A DNA stretch of 63,660 nucleotides. Source: a bacterium. GTDB taxonomy: Bacteria; Armatimonadota; JACIXR01. The notes below the pieces were generated by a model, which did no database searches, was not told the origin of the DNA, and saw only the letters and a list, made by a program, of their open reading frames with translations. Every line of letters begins with the position of its first letter. Position 1 is the first letter of the stretch. Both the position numbers and the translations under genes were made by a program. Positions 49,068-58,390 of this stretch are shown piece after piece. The stretch is from contig JACIXQ010000003.1 of the NCBI GenBank assembly GCA_014360465.1, positions 1-63,660 on the forward strand, in the 5' to 3' direction.

Positions 49068-49537
49068 TTCTCAATCGCCTCCCGAAGGATTTGCTCGTTT
49101 TTATCGGAGTAGCCAAGGATATCCTTCACAATTTTCCCGTTTTTATCTATCAGGATTATCCTGGGAATAGCGTTAACCCTGTATGCTTTTCCCACTTTCC
49201 CATCATCAAGGAGAATGGGGAAAGTCAGCTTTTGCTCCTTGAGGAAATTCTCAACGGTTGCTCTATCTTCATCGTTTATCCCCAAAACCACTAAACCTTT
49301 GTCCTTGTATTCCTGATGAAGTTTCTCTATGATTGGCAATTCTTCCTTGCAGGGACCACACCAGGTAGCCCAAAAGTCCAGAAGGACGACACTTCCTCTT
49401 AAATCAGAAAGAGAATAGGTCTTCCCCTCAAGGGACTTGAGGTTGAAGTCGGGAGCGATTTGACCTTCAAAATCGGCTCTTTTCGCACAGCCCCAAAGAA
49501 GAAGAAACAGGAGAAAAGGAGCTACTTTCCTAATAAT
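49052..49537 (-). CDS. TlpA-family thiol-disulfide oxidoreductase lipoprotein; inferred ATT start (the ORF track shows only the C-terminal 95 aa)
   Basis: Hand translation gives IIRKVAPFLLFLLLWG-C...APDFNL...LLDFWATWCGPCKEELP; no ATG/GTG/TTG lies upstream of the CxxC. Confidence 0.85.
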   Translation of the reverse strand: MIRKVAPFLLFLLLWGCAKRADFEGQIAPDFNLKSLEGKTYSLSDLRGSVVLLDFWATWCGPCKEELPIIEKLHQEYKDKGLVVLGINDEDRATVENFLKEQKLTFPILLDDGKVGKAYRVNAIPRIILIDKNGKIVKDILGYSDKNEQILREAIEKLLKG

Positions 49538-49566
49538 TTCTCAATCGCCTCCCGAAGGATTTGCTC
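49061..49566. repeat. Direct repeat with a 470-bp period: duplicated TlpA domain including the downstream start site
   Basis: The 36 bp TAATAATTTCTCAATCGCCTCCCGAAGGATTTGCTC are identical at 49061-49096 and 49531-49566; the two TlpA proteins are highly similar. Confidence 0.9.
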
Positions 49567-50649
49567 ATTTTCCTTGGAATAGCCGAGCAAGTCCTTGACG
49601 ACATTGCCATCCTTATCTATCAAGAGCACCCTTGGTATTGACTCAACATTGTAAAGAAGAGCGACCTTTGATTGGGCATCCACAAGGATTGGGAAGGTTA
49701 AATTGTTCTCTTTCAGGAAATTTTCAACGGTGGCTTTATCCTCGTCGTTTATCCCCAGAACGAGGAGCCCTTTATCTTTATATTCCTGGTGGAGCTTCTC
49801 TATTATGGGGAGTTCTTCCCTGCAAGGTGGGCACCAAGTAGCCCAGAAATCAAGTAGAACGACTTTCCCTTTCAAATTTGAAAGGGTGTAGGTTTTGCCG
49901 TCAAGGGACATTAAGGTGAAATCGGGAGCGGGTTTGCCTTCAAAGTTTCCTCCCGCCTGGGGGCTGAACTCCTTTGCATCAGCGGGTGGAGTAAATTTGA
50001 AGAAATCACCGGGAAGAGGAACATCTGCCTGAAAGTCCGTTATCTTAAAGATGATTTCTTCCTCTTGCTTGGGTACAACAAAACTGAATTGGACTATCCT
50101 GTTTACCTTTGGGTCAATGCAGATCTTGAACTGGGAAGAACCATCCTTCTCATAGAAAGTTATTAGGGAAACGGATTTTTTATCCAGGGTGGACTTTTGG
50201 AGCGTGGCTTTTTCTAAAGAGTTGGTGAAATATTCGCTTGTAAATGTTTTCGTCAAATTGGGCCTAAAAGAGAGAAGGGGAGGCAGGAGCTCAAAGATAC
50301 GAGTTTCAATTTCCTCAGGAGATATTTTCCTTTTAATGTAAACCTTCTCCGAGGGGTAATAATTCCAAAGTTGGTCGCCATCGTAGACTATGGTGGTGAG
50401 AGAATCATTCTCGCCTATGTTGGCTTTGAATTTGCCGGTTTGATTGTCAAGCCAGAGTTCACCTTTGATGGATTGACTTTCCTTTCCCCTTTTCTGGACA
50501 ATCAAAAGGGAAGCTCTTATCGTTTTGAGAGAAGCGTTGTTCTTATCTACCTTGGCGAGTAGGTCAAGGATGTTCTTCGGGACGGTTGCCGAAAGGGCGA
50601 ATAACGCAACCCCTCCCACAATCCATGCGAAAATTATGAGCTTTTTCAT
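49522..50649 (-). CDS. Fusion of a LolA-fold domain and a TlpA/redoxin domain
   Basis: Signal peptide; LolA-like beta pattern ending F.FTPPADA; then APDFTL..DFWATWCPPC.EELP and cis-Pro IPR. Confidence 0.85.
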   Translation of the reverse strand: MKKLIIFAWIVGGVALFALSATVPKNILDLLAKVDKNNASLKTIRASLLIVQKRGKESQSIKGELWLDNQTGKFKANIGENDSLTTIVYDGDQLWNYYPSEKVYIKRKISPEEIETRIFELLPPLLSFRPNLTKTFTSEYFTNSLEKATLQKSTLDKKSVSLITFYEKDGSSQFKICIDPKVNRIVQFSFVVPKQEEEIIFKITDFQADVPLPGDFFKFTPPADAKEFSPQAGGNFEGKPAPDFTLMSLDGKTYTLSNLKGKVVLLDFWATWCPPCREELPIIEKLHQEYKDKGLLVLGINDEDKATVENFLKENNLTFPILVDAQSKVALLYNVESIPRVLLIDKDGNVVKDLLGYSKENEQILREAIEKLLGK

Positions 50650-50714
50650 CTTCTTCCTCCTTATAAGTTTTGATATATTTTAGCAGTTTTAGAAAGGAAA
50701 TGCAAAATGCAATC

Positions 50715-53700
50715 CTAATCTTTTAGTGTGAGCGAGAAGTTGCGATATGCCACTATCGTATCACCTTTGCTTCCCGACCATCTGCGTGGGACGAGGACTA
50801 TCTCACCGCTTTTAAGGAAGGGAGTAGCATTGTAGTTATTGTCAGTGAAGTTGATTATCTCCCTTCCATCCAGGATAACCTTTATATTGTTGCCTTTGAG
50901 CTCAACGCTCAATTTGTGCCAGTTGCTATCCAAACTCCAGGGGACGGAGACGAGAGGATTATCATCGCCCGTCGTAATTCCCTGGGATGCTTTATGTAGC
51001 TGGATGTTCTTATCGGAGAAGTTCAAGGAGTATGAATTGGAGGCGTCCGTGTACCGGAAGGCAAACCAGGGACCGTCGCGCCAGTCGGTTCCTCGCGAGA
51101 TAACCTTGAATTCAAGGCTGAAACTATAATCATTCCAGTCCTTTAAGCCGTAGTGAATGCCCTCGCCAATCCATCCATCGCCCACGCCGTTCTTACCGAT
51201 GAGAATCCCATCCTCCACCGACCATTCTCCTGCCGCAGATCGCCAAACGCGATAAAGGGGGACATTCGGGGAAAAAACAGGGTTGGTAAGTGAGCTGGCG
51301 AAGATGACTTTGCCAAACCTTGCGGGATTGTGGAATGTGTCCGTGGGAGACCAGGAAGAGAATTCGGGTTTAGGGAGAGTATTTGACCTATCAATGCGGA
51401 AAAGCTGGATGCGCCATTGGGAACCTAAAGTGGGTTTGTAGGGAAGGAAATTCTTTAGGGGAATTGCCATCTCAACCGTCCAACCATTATCCTTGTCGTT
51501 TCTATTATCAAGGGTTCCGTTAACCTTTACCCCAATCCTCACTCCTTCGGCGTTCCATTTGCGAAGCTCCCTCCAATCGCCAGGATTGCCGTTCTTGGGT
51601 TCAACTATGTTTAGGTCTATGAGGGTGCCCAAAGGATTTACCTCAAATTCTTTGTAATTCTTCCCCGTTCCGCTTGGGTCTATATACGCCTCCACGACCT
51701 CCTCTTCCCATAATGGGGAATCCTTTTCCTTCATAGTTGCCCAGATATCCTCATCCTGACACTCAAATGCGATGTAAAGGTTCTCATCATCCCAGAGCAT
51801 CTTCGCCTTCGTTGAATATGTCGGTTTGGCATAACTGCCAAGCAAATGGAATCCATCTATCGTTTCCGCATAGCGCCAAGCAGGGTCGGATATGTCACCA
51901 TCTATATTGGGTGGAAAAGGAGCACGATAAAGGATATAGGACGATGGCGGTGGTGGGAGTTTGCTGATATAAGCTATCACATCTTTGAGAATGGGGAAGA
52001 GGTATTCTTCCTTATCAAGAAGCGAGCACCAGACATAAAGCAGGCGAGCTCCTTTAAGTTCTCCCTGCGTGTATTCTATGTAGGCGATGCCTTCCCCATA
52101 TTCCCTTCCCTTATCATCCTTCAGTGTAAGGATGGGAATATAGTTGACACCTGGGGTAGATGGCTTAACAACGCCCCTCCAGCGCTGGTCTACATCTTTC
52201 ATCCAGGGGAATCTGGAAGGGAGCGAGGTAATGATATTTTGCTTTCTGTTCAGCTGGAAGAAAAGTTTAGCATCTTTGGGAGGGGATTCCCAGGAATGTC
52301 CAATTGTGAGACCGAACTTACTGGCGGAGTTCACAGCCTTACCGTTCTCGTTATAATAGAAGGGCAAGGGTTGGCTGGGAAGGAAGACGATAAGTCCTCC
52401 CTGCTTGAGGTAATCCAAGATAGCTCTGTCGCCGTTCTCCGCTCCTCCTATATTCTGATAATAGGTCTCGCCATCGAGATAAAAGAGACACCAGATTTTC
52501 TGGGGGTTGAAATAGGAGGGGTCAAGGACTTGCTGGGGAGAGGGCATATCAATGAGAACCATAGCTTTAGCCTTTCTCATAAGGCTTACGAGGTTGCCAT
52601 AGGTAGGATTTGGTTGGGGAAGGACAGCGAGATGACCTTTGAGGGGAGCGAGTTTCTCTTCAATCTTCAGTGATGCTAATTTCTCTTGGCTTCTCCTTTT
52701 CTCTTCGGCGACGCTACGGGCTTTTTGTAGAAGCTCAAAAATTGGGGCGAGCGATTTCTCGTCTAAATTAGTCAGGGTTATGGCAAGAATGTCAAGATTA
52801 TCCGCTCTTATTTCCCTAAATTCATCCTTGAGCTTCACTTGGAGAAGTTCAACTTTCCATTCAAAGAGGGGCGGCCAGCCATATATGACAGGGATAGCAT
52901 CTCTCAGGGAAACCGTTTCCTCGCTATTAGAGTATTTTAATGTCAATTTGCTATTTGCCTTTATGTTCGCCAGAAGTAAAAAGGCATATGTGGCGGATTT
53001 GTTTATCGGGATTGATGCGTTCCTCACAATGTCTTTATTCTGGTTGAGATAAGGGTCAACGAGGAAGAAAGGAATCTGATAGATGGTTTTTGCACCGGGG
53101 ATTAGACCCGCGAAGCTTGATGGGTCTTCCCAGTTTTTAGGTAAAGAAGCATTACAGAAGGGAGCGAGGTCTATTATTTGGAAATCCTTTTCTCGCGGCG
53201 GCTCAAGGGTTCTCGGCTTTATTATTTGACAATCTATTATCGGCAAGGAGGGATTATACTCGCCGATGGCGATGATGTCGCCATTTTGCAGATTTCTGAT
53301 GTAGAGTGAATCGGGTCGTTGAGGATAGGTCTCGTAGTCCGTTCCTGCCGTAAGCTGGGTCTTCTGGTTCTGTCTTATAAGGAAGACGGGTTTCTGCCTT
53401 AAGTCGAAGAAGGGGAAAGTTACGACGATGTCAAAGGGAGAATCGCTGGTTGAGACGAGTCCGAAGGAGAAATTGCCATTTTGATAGCGGTAATCCTTAG
53501 CATCTATCTCTTGTTTATCTTTATTGAAGGTAAGGAGGGCTTTCTCCCCGCAGAGGATTCGCGCCTTGGCATTCCCGAGTGGGTAGGAAAGCAGCTCAAA
53601 TCCACCCCAGAGCCCACCGAAAGTGCTCCTTTTCCCTTTCCCAATAAGGCAACCATCGAATAATCCATACATCTCGGCGAAGGCGCCATCGTACTGTCTG

Positions 53701-55433
53701 ATTGAGGGGTAGTATTCGTCACGGAAAAGAATGTGCCATTTTTCCGTCATCCCTCGCAAATAATGTCCGAGGATTGGGTCGCCAGTAGCGACATAGGTTT
53801 GGGCTAAGCCGAAGGCGACAGCCCATATCTCATTGGCGCAGGCTTCGCCGAGCCAGGGGAAGCCTGCATTCGGTTCCATAAAGAAGGTAGCATCTATATC
53901 ATCTGCTTTATCGTTATCGCTTATGAAGATTGGGAGATATTTATATAGCATAACCCTTGCCAGTTTGTAAGCTTCCTGCGCAAGGGATGCTCTTTCAGGG
54001 TCGTTTCTGAAGGTGTAGTAATAGCGAAGGCAGAAGGTAGTGACGGGGGCGGCATCCCAAGCAAATTGGGCGGTGGGAACATCATCGTAGCAGTTTCTGG
54101 TATATAGGATGTGTTTCGTATAGCGGAGAGCACCATCAATGTATGGCAGATAGGCGGGGTTTTTCTCATTGCGATAGGCATCAAGGAAGGCAAGTGCTAC
54201 CTGCCATGCCTGGACATTGTGGAGGGTGGGAACGCCCTTCCCATAGGAATCGTGCCAATCTCCCTTTATGGGTTTCCTCCAGAAGACGCAATCGTCACCA
54301 TCAATCTTCAACTTTTCCGCATTTTTCATAAGGAAATCCAATTGCTCGCGCAGAAGGGATATTGCTTTCTGGTCTTGGTGTTCGTAGATGTAATCGATTA
54401 CCGGGCTCGCGTAATCAACTCCCCAGGCTGAAATGTTTCCCTGCTTTTGAAAGGGATTACCCTCTCCAACGACGCCATACAGCCCTCCAAAAGAGGGGAT
54501 GGGAAAATTGTTGAGCCTGTAATTCTGGGGAAGCCAGCCGAAATCGTTATTTGTTGGTGCGGAAGGTAGAAGCTCGGAATATCTTTGCCAGATGTAATTA
54601 TGGACGAAGAAATTGGGGTCAGAGTCGGATGGCATATCAAGGGAGAATATGAGGCGAAAATGGGTGGAGATAACATCGCCGTTCTTGGGATAGCGAAGGT
54701 CCCTATAGGCGTTCTCCGCATAAGGGTAGACGAGGGCGAAGAACTGCCCTCTGTCTTTCAATTGCCAACAATAGGCGGAAGCGATATTCTTCTCGCTGTT
54801 GTCGGTCAATCTCGCTTCCTGAAATTCATAGCCAACATATAAAGAGGAGCTCGGTTTCCACAATCCGACAACGGGAATGGGATATGCTCCTATGGGAGGT
54901 GCATAGGTCCAATTGTCAGACCAGTTGCTGGCTATGTGCTTTCCCGGACCTTTCGCTTCAAGGAGGGGGTAGGGGTCTATTACAGGGGTAGCGATAAGCC
55001 AACCCCTTTGATGGAAAAGCTCCGCCCCTTCCAGGGGACAAACAAGGAAATGGAAGGGAACTTTTCCTATAGTGGATTCCCATTTCTGGGGGGAGAAATT
55101 GGCTAATTCAAGGCGGAAGGATATCTCTGGATAGGGGTCGTTGGGATAGAGCTTAAGCGAGATAAACGAGTTTTTCCCGAAGCTGGGGGTGGCATCGGAT
55201 ACAAAGTCACTGAATGTCAGCGTATCACCCTCCTGCTTAACTTTTCCCGCTCTTATGTTGTTGAGGGAACCAAAATAAATGCTGGCGATTTCCTTTCCCC
55301 CGCTTGATACCTTGAAGCCGATGGCTTTATCCGCTTCCATAAACGGCGTTATTGTCGTTATTCCATTGGATATCGATGGTTGGGAATATGCAAGGAAAGG
55401 CACAATTAAAATTGAAAGCAATGCTAATCGCAT
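50715..55433 (-). CDS. Large secreted multidomain carbohydrate-active-like protein (helical barrel-like region, CBM9-like and DUF1080-like domains)
   Basis: Signal peptide after a GGAGGTG SD; PNIDG...W / LWDDENLY.AF / EVVEAYIDP / EFEVNPLG (CBM9-like); W..EDG.L.G / DYSFSLEFK (DUF1080-like). Confidence 0.65.
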   Translation of the reverse strand: MRLALLSILIVPFLAYSQPSISNGITTITPFMEADKAIGFKVSSGGKEIASIYFGSLNNIRAGKVKQEGDTLTFSDFVSDATPSFGKNSFISLKLYPNDPYPEISFRLELANFSPQKWESTIGKVPFHFLVCPLEGAELFHQRGWLIATPVIDPYPLLEAKGPGKHIASNWSDNWTYAPPIGAYPIPVVGLWKPSSSLYVGYEFQEARLTDNSEKNIASAYCWQLKDRGQFFALVYPYAENAYRDLRYPKNGDVISTHFRLIFSLDMPSDSDPNFFVHNYIWQRYSELLPSAPTNNDFGWLPQNYRLNNFPIPSFGGLYGVVGEGNPFQKQGNISAWGVDYASPVIDYIYEHQDQKAISLLREQLDFLMKNAEKLKIDGDDCVFWRKPIKGDWHDSYGKGVPTLHNVQAWQVALAFLDAYRNEKNPAYLPYIDGALRYTKHILYTRNCYDDVPTAQFAWDAAPVTTFCLRYYYTFRNDPERASLAQEAYKLARVMLYKYLPIFISDNDKADDIDATFFMEPNAGFPWLGEACANEIWAVAFGLAQTYVATGDPILGHYLRGMTEKWHILFRDEYYPSIRQYDGAFAEMYGLFDGCLIGKGKRSTFGGLWGGFELLSYPLGNAKARILCGEKALLTFNKDKQEIDAKDYRYQNGNFSFGLVSTSDSPFDIVVTFPFFDLRQKPVFLIRQNQKTQLTAGTDYETYPQRPDSLYIRNLQNGDIIAIGEYNPSLPIIDCQIIKPRTLEPPREKDFQIIDLAPFCNASLPKNWEDPSSFAGLIPGAKTIYQIPFFLVDPYLNQNKDIVRNASIPINKSATYAFLLLANIKANSKLTLKYSNSEETVSLRDAIPVIYGWPPLFEWKVELLQVKLKDEFREIRADNLDILAITLTNLDEKSLAPIFELLQKARSVAEEKRRSQEKLASLKIEEKLAPLKGHLAVLPQPNPTYGNLVSLMRKAKAMVLIDMPSPQQVLDPSYFNPQKIWCLFYLDGETYYQNIGGAENGDRAILDYLKQGGLIVFLPSQPLPFYYNENGKAVNSASKFGLTIGHSWESPPKDAKLFFQLNRKQNIITSLPSRFPWMKDVDQRWRGVVKPSTPGVNYIPILTLKDDKGREYGEGIAYIEYTQGELKGARLLYVWCSLLDKEEYLFPILKDVIAYISKLPPPPSSYILYRAPFPPNIDGDISDPAWRYAETIDGFHLLGSYAKPTYSTKAKMLWDDENLYIAFECQDEDIWATMKEKDSPLWEEEVVEAYIDPSGTGKNYKEFEVNPLGTLIDLNIVEPKNGNPGDWRELRKWNAEGVRIGVKVNGTLDNRNDKDNGWTVEMAIPLKNFLPYKPTLGSQWRIQLFRIDRSNTLPKPEFSSWSPTDTFHNPARFGKVIFASSLTNPVFSPNVPLYRVWRSAAGEWSVEDGILIGKNGVGDGWIGEGIHYGLKDWNDYSFSLEFKVISRGTDWRDGPWFAFRYTDASNSYSLNFSDKNIQLHKASQGITTGDDNPLVSVPWSLDSNWHKLSVELKGNNIKVILDGREIINFTDNNYNATPFLKSGEIVLVPRRWSGSKGDTIVAYRNFSLTLKD

Positions 55434-55963
55434 AAATATCACCTCCTTATTTGGTGGCGTCGCATTTATTCAGGATTTGCCATTTTAAAGAACAACTCAG
55501 ATTTTCCATCATTTTATACCTGGTTATTTCCCTCGTAAAGTTCTATTTTTTGTATTCATCAAACATTTTTATATTCAACTTTCTAGGCAAGCTTCCTCAA
55601 AAAGCCATTATCCCTTTTAGTTCATCTTCCTTTCGTTTCTTACGGACTTCTCAGCCATATTTTGGGGTAAATTTCTCCAGCCAGTGGTGGATCCAATTCC
55701 TACCTCTATAATCTCTGTCCGGAACTCTTAAATGCCTTTCGGAATGGACAATTCTCGACAAATTACTTGCCCTCCTTCGCCCACAGTTGGGGAAAATAAA
55801 ACGATGTTGAGTGGATTCTTTTGATTTGTGTGGATTGCTTTTTTATATCACTTCTTTGTGCCAGAGAGCAAATCCTAACTATTTGAAACACTATTTCTTT
55901 CTGCCATATCCTGATACACACAGCATTTCCAATAAGGTATAATGGTAAAGAGGAGGAGTAAAT

Positions 55964-58390
55964 ATGAAACCGATGCTACTCATTATTTTGATAACATCTA
56001 TCTCTTTCGCTTCCCTGCTTCCTCGTCTCTTGCGTGTTGAGGCGAGTTCTGAAGAAGTCTCGCCCGGCGACAGGATTTACCTTCTTTGGGAGTTCCAGAA
56101 TGTTGGTGGTGAGGATGAGGAGAACTATATGATATTTGTTCACGCTCGCCTCAAAGGCACAGACGAGGGTTTCGGCGGGGATTTCAAGCCCTTCCATCCG
56201 ACCTCTTGCTGGAGGAAAGGGGAGATTGTGAGGGAAACTTCCATTTTGAATATACCAGCTGATGCGAAGAAAGGAGATTATGTCCTTTATGTCGGCTTCT
56301 ATTCCAAAGACAAAAGGATAGAGATGGATAATAAGGAGATTGAAAGGGAAGGGTTGAGATATGAGGTATTCTCTTTCAGGGTGGGAGAAAAAAGGGAAGC
56401 AAAGAGGATTATCAAGGAATTAAAGAATGCGCTGAAATTGGAAGGGAAAAGCATATATGGCAAAGGATTGAATTTAGAGAACGATTATCTAAAGGTTGAG
56501 TTGATGTCTAATTACCCCGTCATTAGAAGCATTGAGGGAAAAAAGATAGGCGAAATATTTCGGGGAGCTAATGAGGAAGATTTTCAGCTCGAGTTGATGA
56601 CGCCCGAAGGAAAAATCGTCTATGCTCCTTCTTCCTTTTACTTGATTTTTATCGAAAGTAAGAAGCAGGAAGGGAAGGTAGGTTATGAGATAAATGTTAA
56701 GAAGGAAGGAAAGAGCGTTCTTTATTTGGAATTGTGGTACGAATTGAAGGGAGAAAGCCTCGTCGCGGGTTGGGGAAATCTGAAATCGGAAGGCTACAAA
56801 TTGGTAAGCCTCAGGTTACCGCTCATCTCCCTCTCTGGTGGTAAGTTAGCATTGCCGCTATTGGAGGGAAGGCTCGTTGATAGCAAAAAGTCCTTCCCTC
56901 ATAGGGAGATTATCGGGATTGATTGTTGGCGTTCGCCGATTACCTACTCTTCTCTTTCAGGTAAAAATGGCACAGCACTGCTTGAGCTTAAGTCCGTAGA
57001 GGACAGGGTCTTGGCGGAGGTCAACGATGGCAAGGGAGCTTTAGGCGTTATTTTCAATTGTCATTCAGCGACTAACCCGCCTCTTTTACTCCAATCTTCC
57101 TCACAAGCTATAGTCCATTTTATAAAAGGAAATTGGCTCCAATCTGCGCATTTCGTTTGGGAGAATATAAATGATGGGGTGAGAGACATTTACAAAAATT
57201 CAATCGTTTACAAGATTTTTTGCGATGTTCCCCAGGCTGAGAAGCCTGTGACGACCTTTTCAGAAGCGTTTGAGATAATCAAAAAGTTCTATAATCTTAC
57301 CCAGGGAATGAGGCAAATCGTTTATTTAGTCGGCTGGCAGTTCAGAGGGCACGATACCGGTTACCCCGCTATAGACCAAGTCAACGAAAGGTTGGGAGGC
57401 AGGGAGGGGTTATTGAGATTGATTGAGGATGCGAGGAGATTCAACGCTATCGTCTCCTTCCACGATAACTACGACGATGCCTATATGGATAGCCCTGCTT
57501 GGAACGATGATTTCATCTGTAGAACTCCGAACGGCGAGCTTGTCAAGGGTGGGGTCTGGGCGGGAGGACAATCCTACATCATTAATCCGAAGCGGTATGT
57601 TGAGGGCGGGTATGCGGAGAAAAGGATAAAGCAAACCCTTTCCCTTTACCCCATAAGGGAATCATACCACATAGATGTCCTTTCGGCTGTCCCCCTCAGA
57701 TACAGCTATAGCCTCCATACCTGCACTGGGAGTGAAAGCGTTTTTTACAAGAAAAGAATCGTGGAGATGTTCAGGGATAGGGGAGTTGATGTGACATCGG
57801 AACTTGTTACTCAACCGTTTTTGGGGTTTCTTTCCTATTTCTGGCATCTCTCCAGTTCATATGATGGCTTCAGCTGGTTGGAGAGGAAATTCTTTTCAGA
57901 TGAGGAAAACATTCCTTTTGTTCCCGCCTGCATTCACGGAAAGGCAATATATGGAAGCAGGGGATACCTTGGCGGTGTGGGTAGGATGGATGTCACGCCA
58001 GGAAACTGGAGGGATTTTTTGCGTTTGCTCTTTTTAGAGACATTTCCATCTTTATTATTCGTTGATCAAAGAATTGAGGATTATCGCGATGGTAAAATCA
58101 TCTACCGCGAGGGTTGGTGGAGTTCGGATGACCAGGTTTTCTATAGGGGCAGGTTGGTGAGGAAGGGTGGGGATGTTTTCCTCCCTCGTAATTCTGAAGA
58201 ATGGTTGGCTTATAGCGACCAGGGTGGGGTAGTTGAATGGGAGTTGCCCGATGGTTGGAAGGGAGTTGAAATCTACAGGTTATATGAGGATGGAAGGAAG
58301 AAGAGAGTAGATTGTGAACTAAAAGGAGGTAAATTCAGATTTGAAGCGGAGGCACAGGGAGTCTACGAGGTTAGGAAAAGGGAAAACTGA
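55964..58390 (+). CDS. GH101-like (endo-alpha-N-acetylgalactosaminidase-related) secreted hydrolase with an N-terminal Ig-like domain
   Basis: VYLVGWQ..GHD.GYP; RLGG.EGL; VSFHDNYDDAY; HIDV; SE. Confidence 0.65.
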   Translation: MKPMLLIILITSISFASLLPRLLRVEASSEEVSPGDRIYLLWEFQNVGGEDEENYMIFVHARLKGTDEGFGGDFKPFHPTSCWRKGEIVRETSILNIPADAKKGDYVLYVGFYSKDKRIEMDNKEIEREGLRYEVFSFRVGEKREAKRIIKELKNALKLEGKSIYGKGLNLENDYLKVELMSNYPVIRSIEGKKIGEIFRGANEEDFQLELMTPEGKIVYAPSSFYLIFIESKKQEGKVGYEINVKKEGKSVLYLELWYELKGESLVAGWGNLKSEGYKLVSLRLPLISLSGGKLALPLLEGRLVDSKKSFPHREIIGIDCWRSPITYSSLSGKNGTALLELKSVEDRVLAEVNDGKGALGVIFNCHSATNPPLLLQSSSQAIVHFIKGNWLQSAHFVWENINDGVRDIYKNSIVYKIFCDVPQAEKPVTTFSEAFEIIKKFYNLTQGMRQIVYLVGWQFRGHDTGYPAIDQVNERLGGREGLLRLIEDARRFNAIVSFHDNYDDAYMDSPAWNDDFICRTPNGELVKGGVWAGGQSYIINPKRYVEGGYAEKRIKQTLSLYPIRESYHIDVLSAVPLRYSYSLHTCTGSESVFYKKRIVEMFRDRGVDVTSELVTQPFLGFLSYFWHLSSSYDGFSWLERKFFSDEENIPFVPACIHGKAIYGSRGYLGGVGRMDVTPGNWRDFLRLLFLETFPSLLFVDQRIEDYRDGKIIYREGWWSSDDQVFYRGRLVRKGGDVFLPRNSEEWLAYSDQGGVVEWELPDGWKGVEIYRLYEDGRKKRVDCELKGGKFRFEAEAQGVYEVRKREN

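Noticed and set aside
55451-55963. Intergenic stretch of about 0.5 kb whose minus strand reads ...PNCG...WIHHWLEKFTPK, faintly like an IS6 transposase
   Set aside because: It is short and broken by stops, with no terminal inverted repeats or DDE motif. It needs a tBLASTn/ISfinder search before any call.
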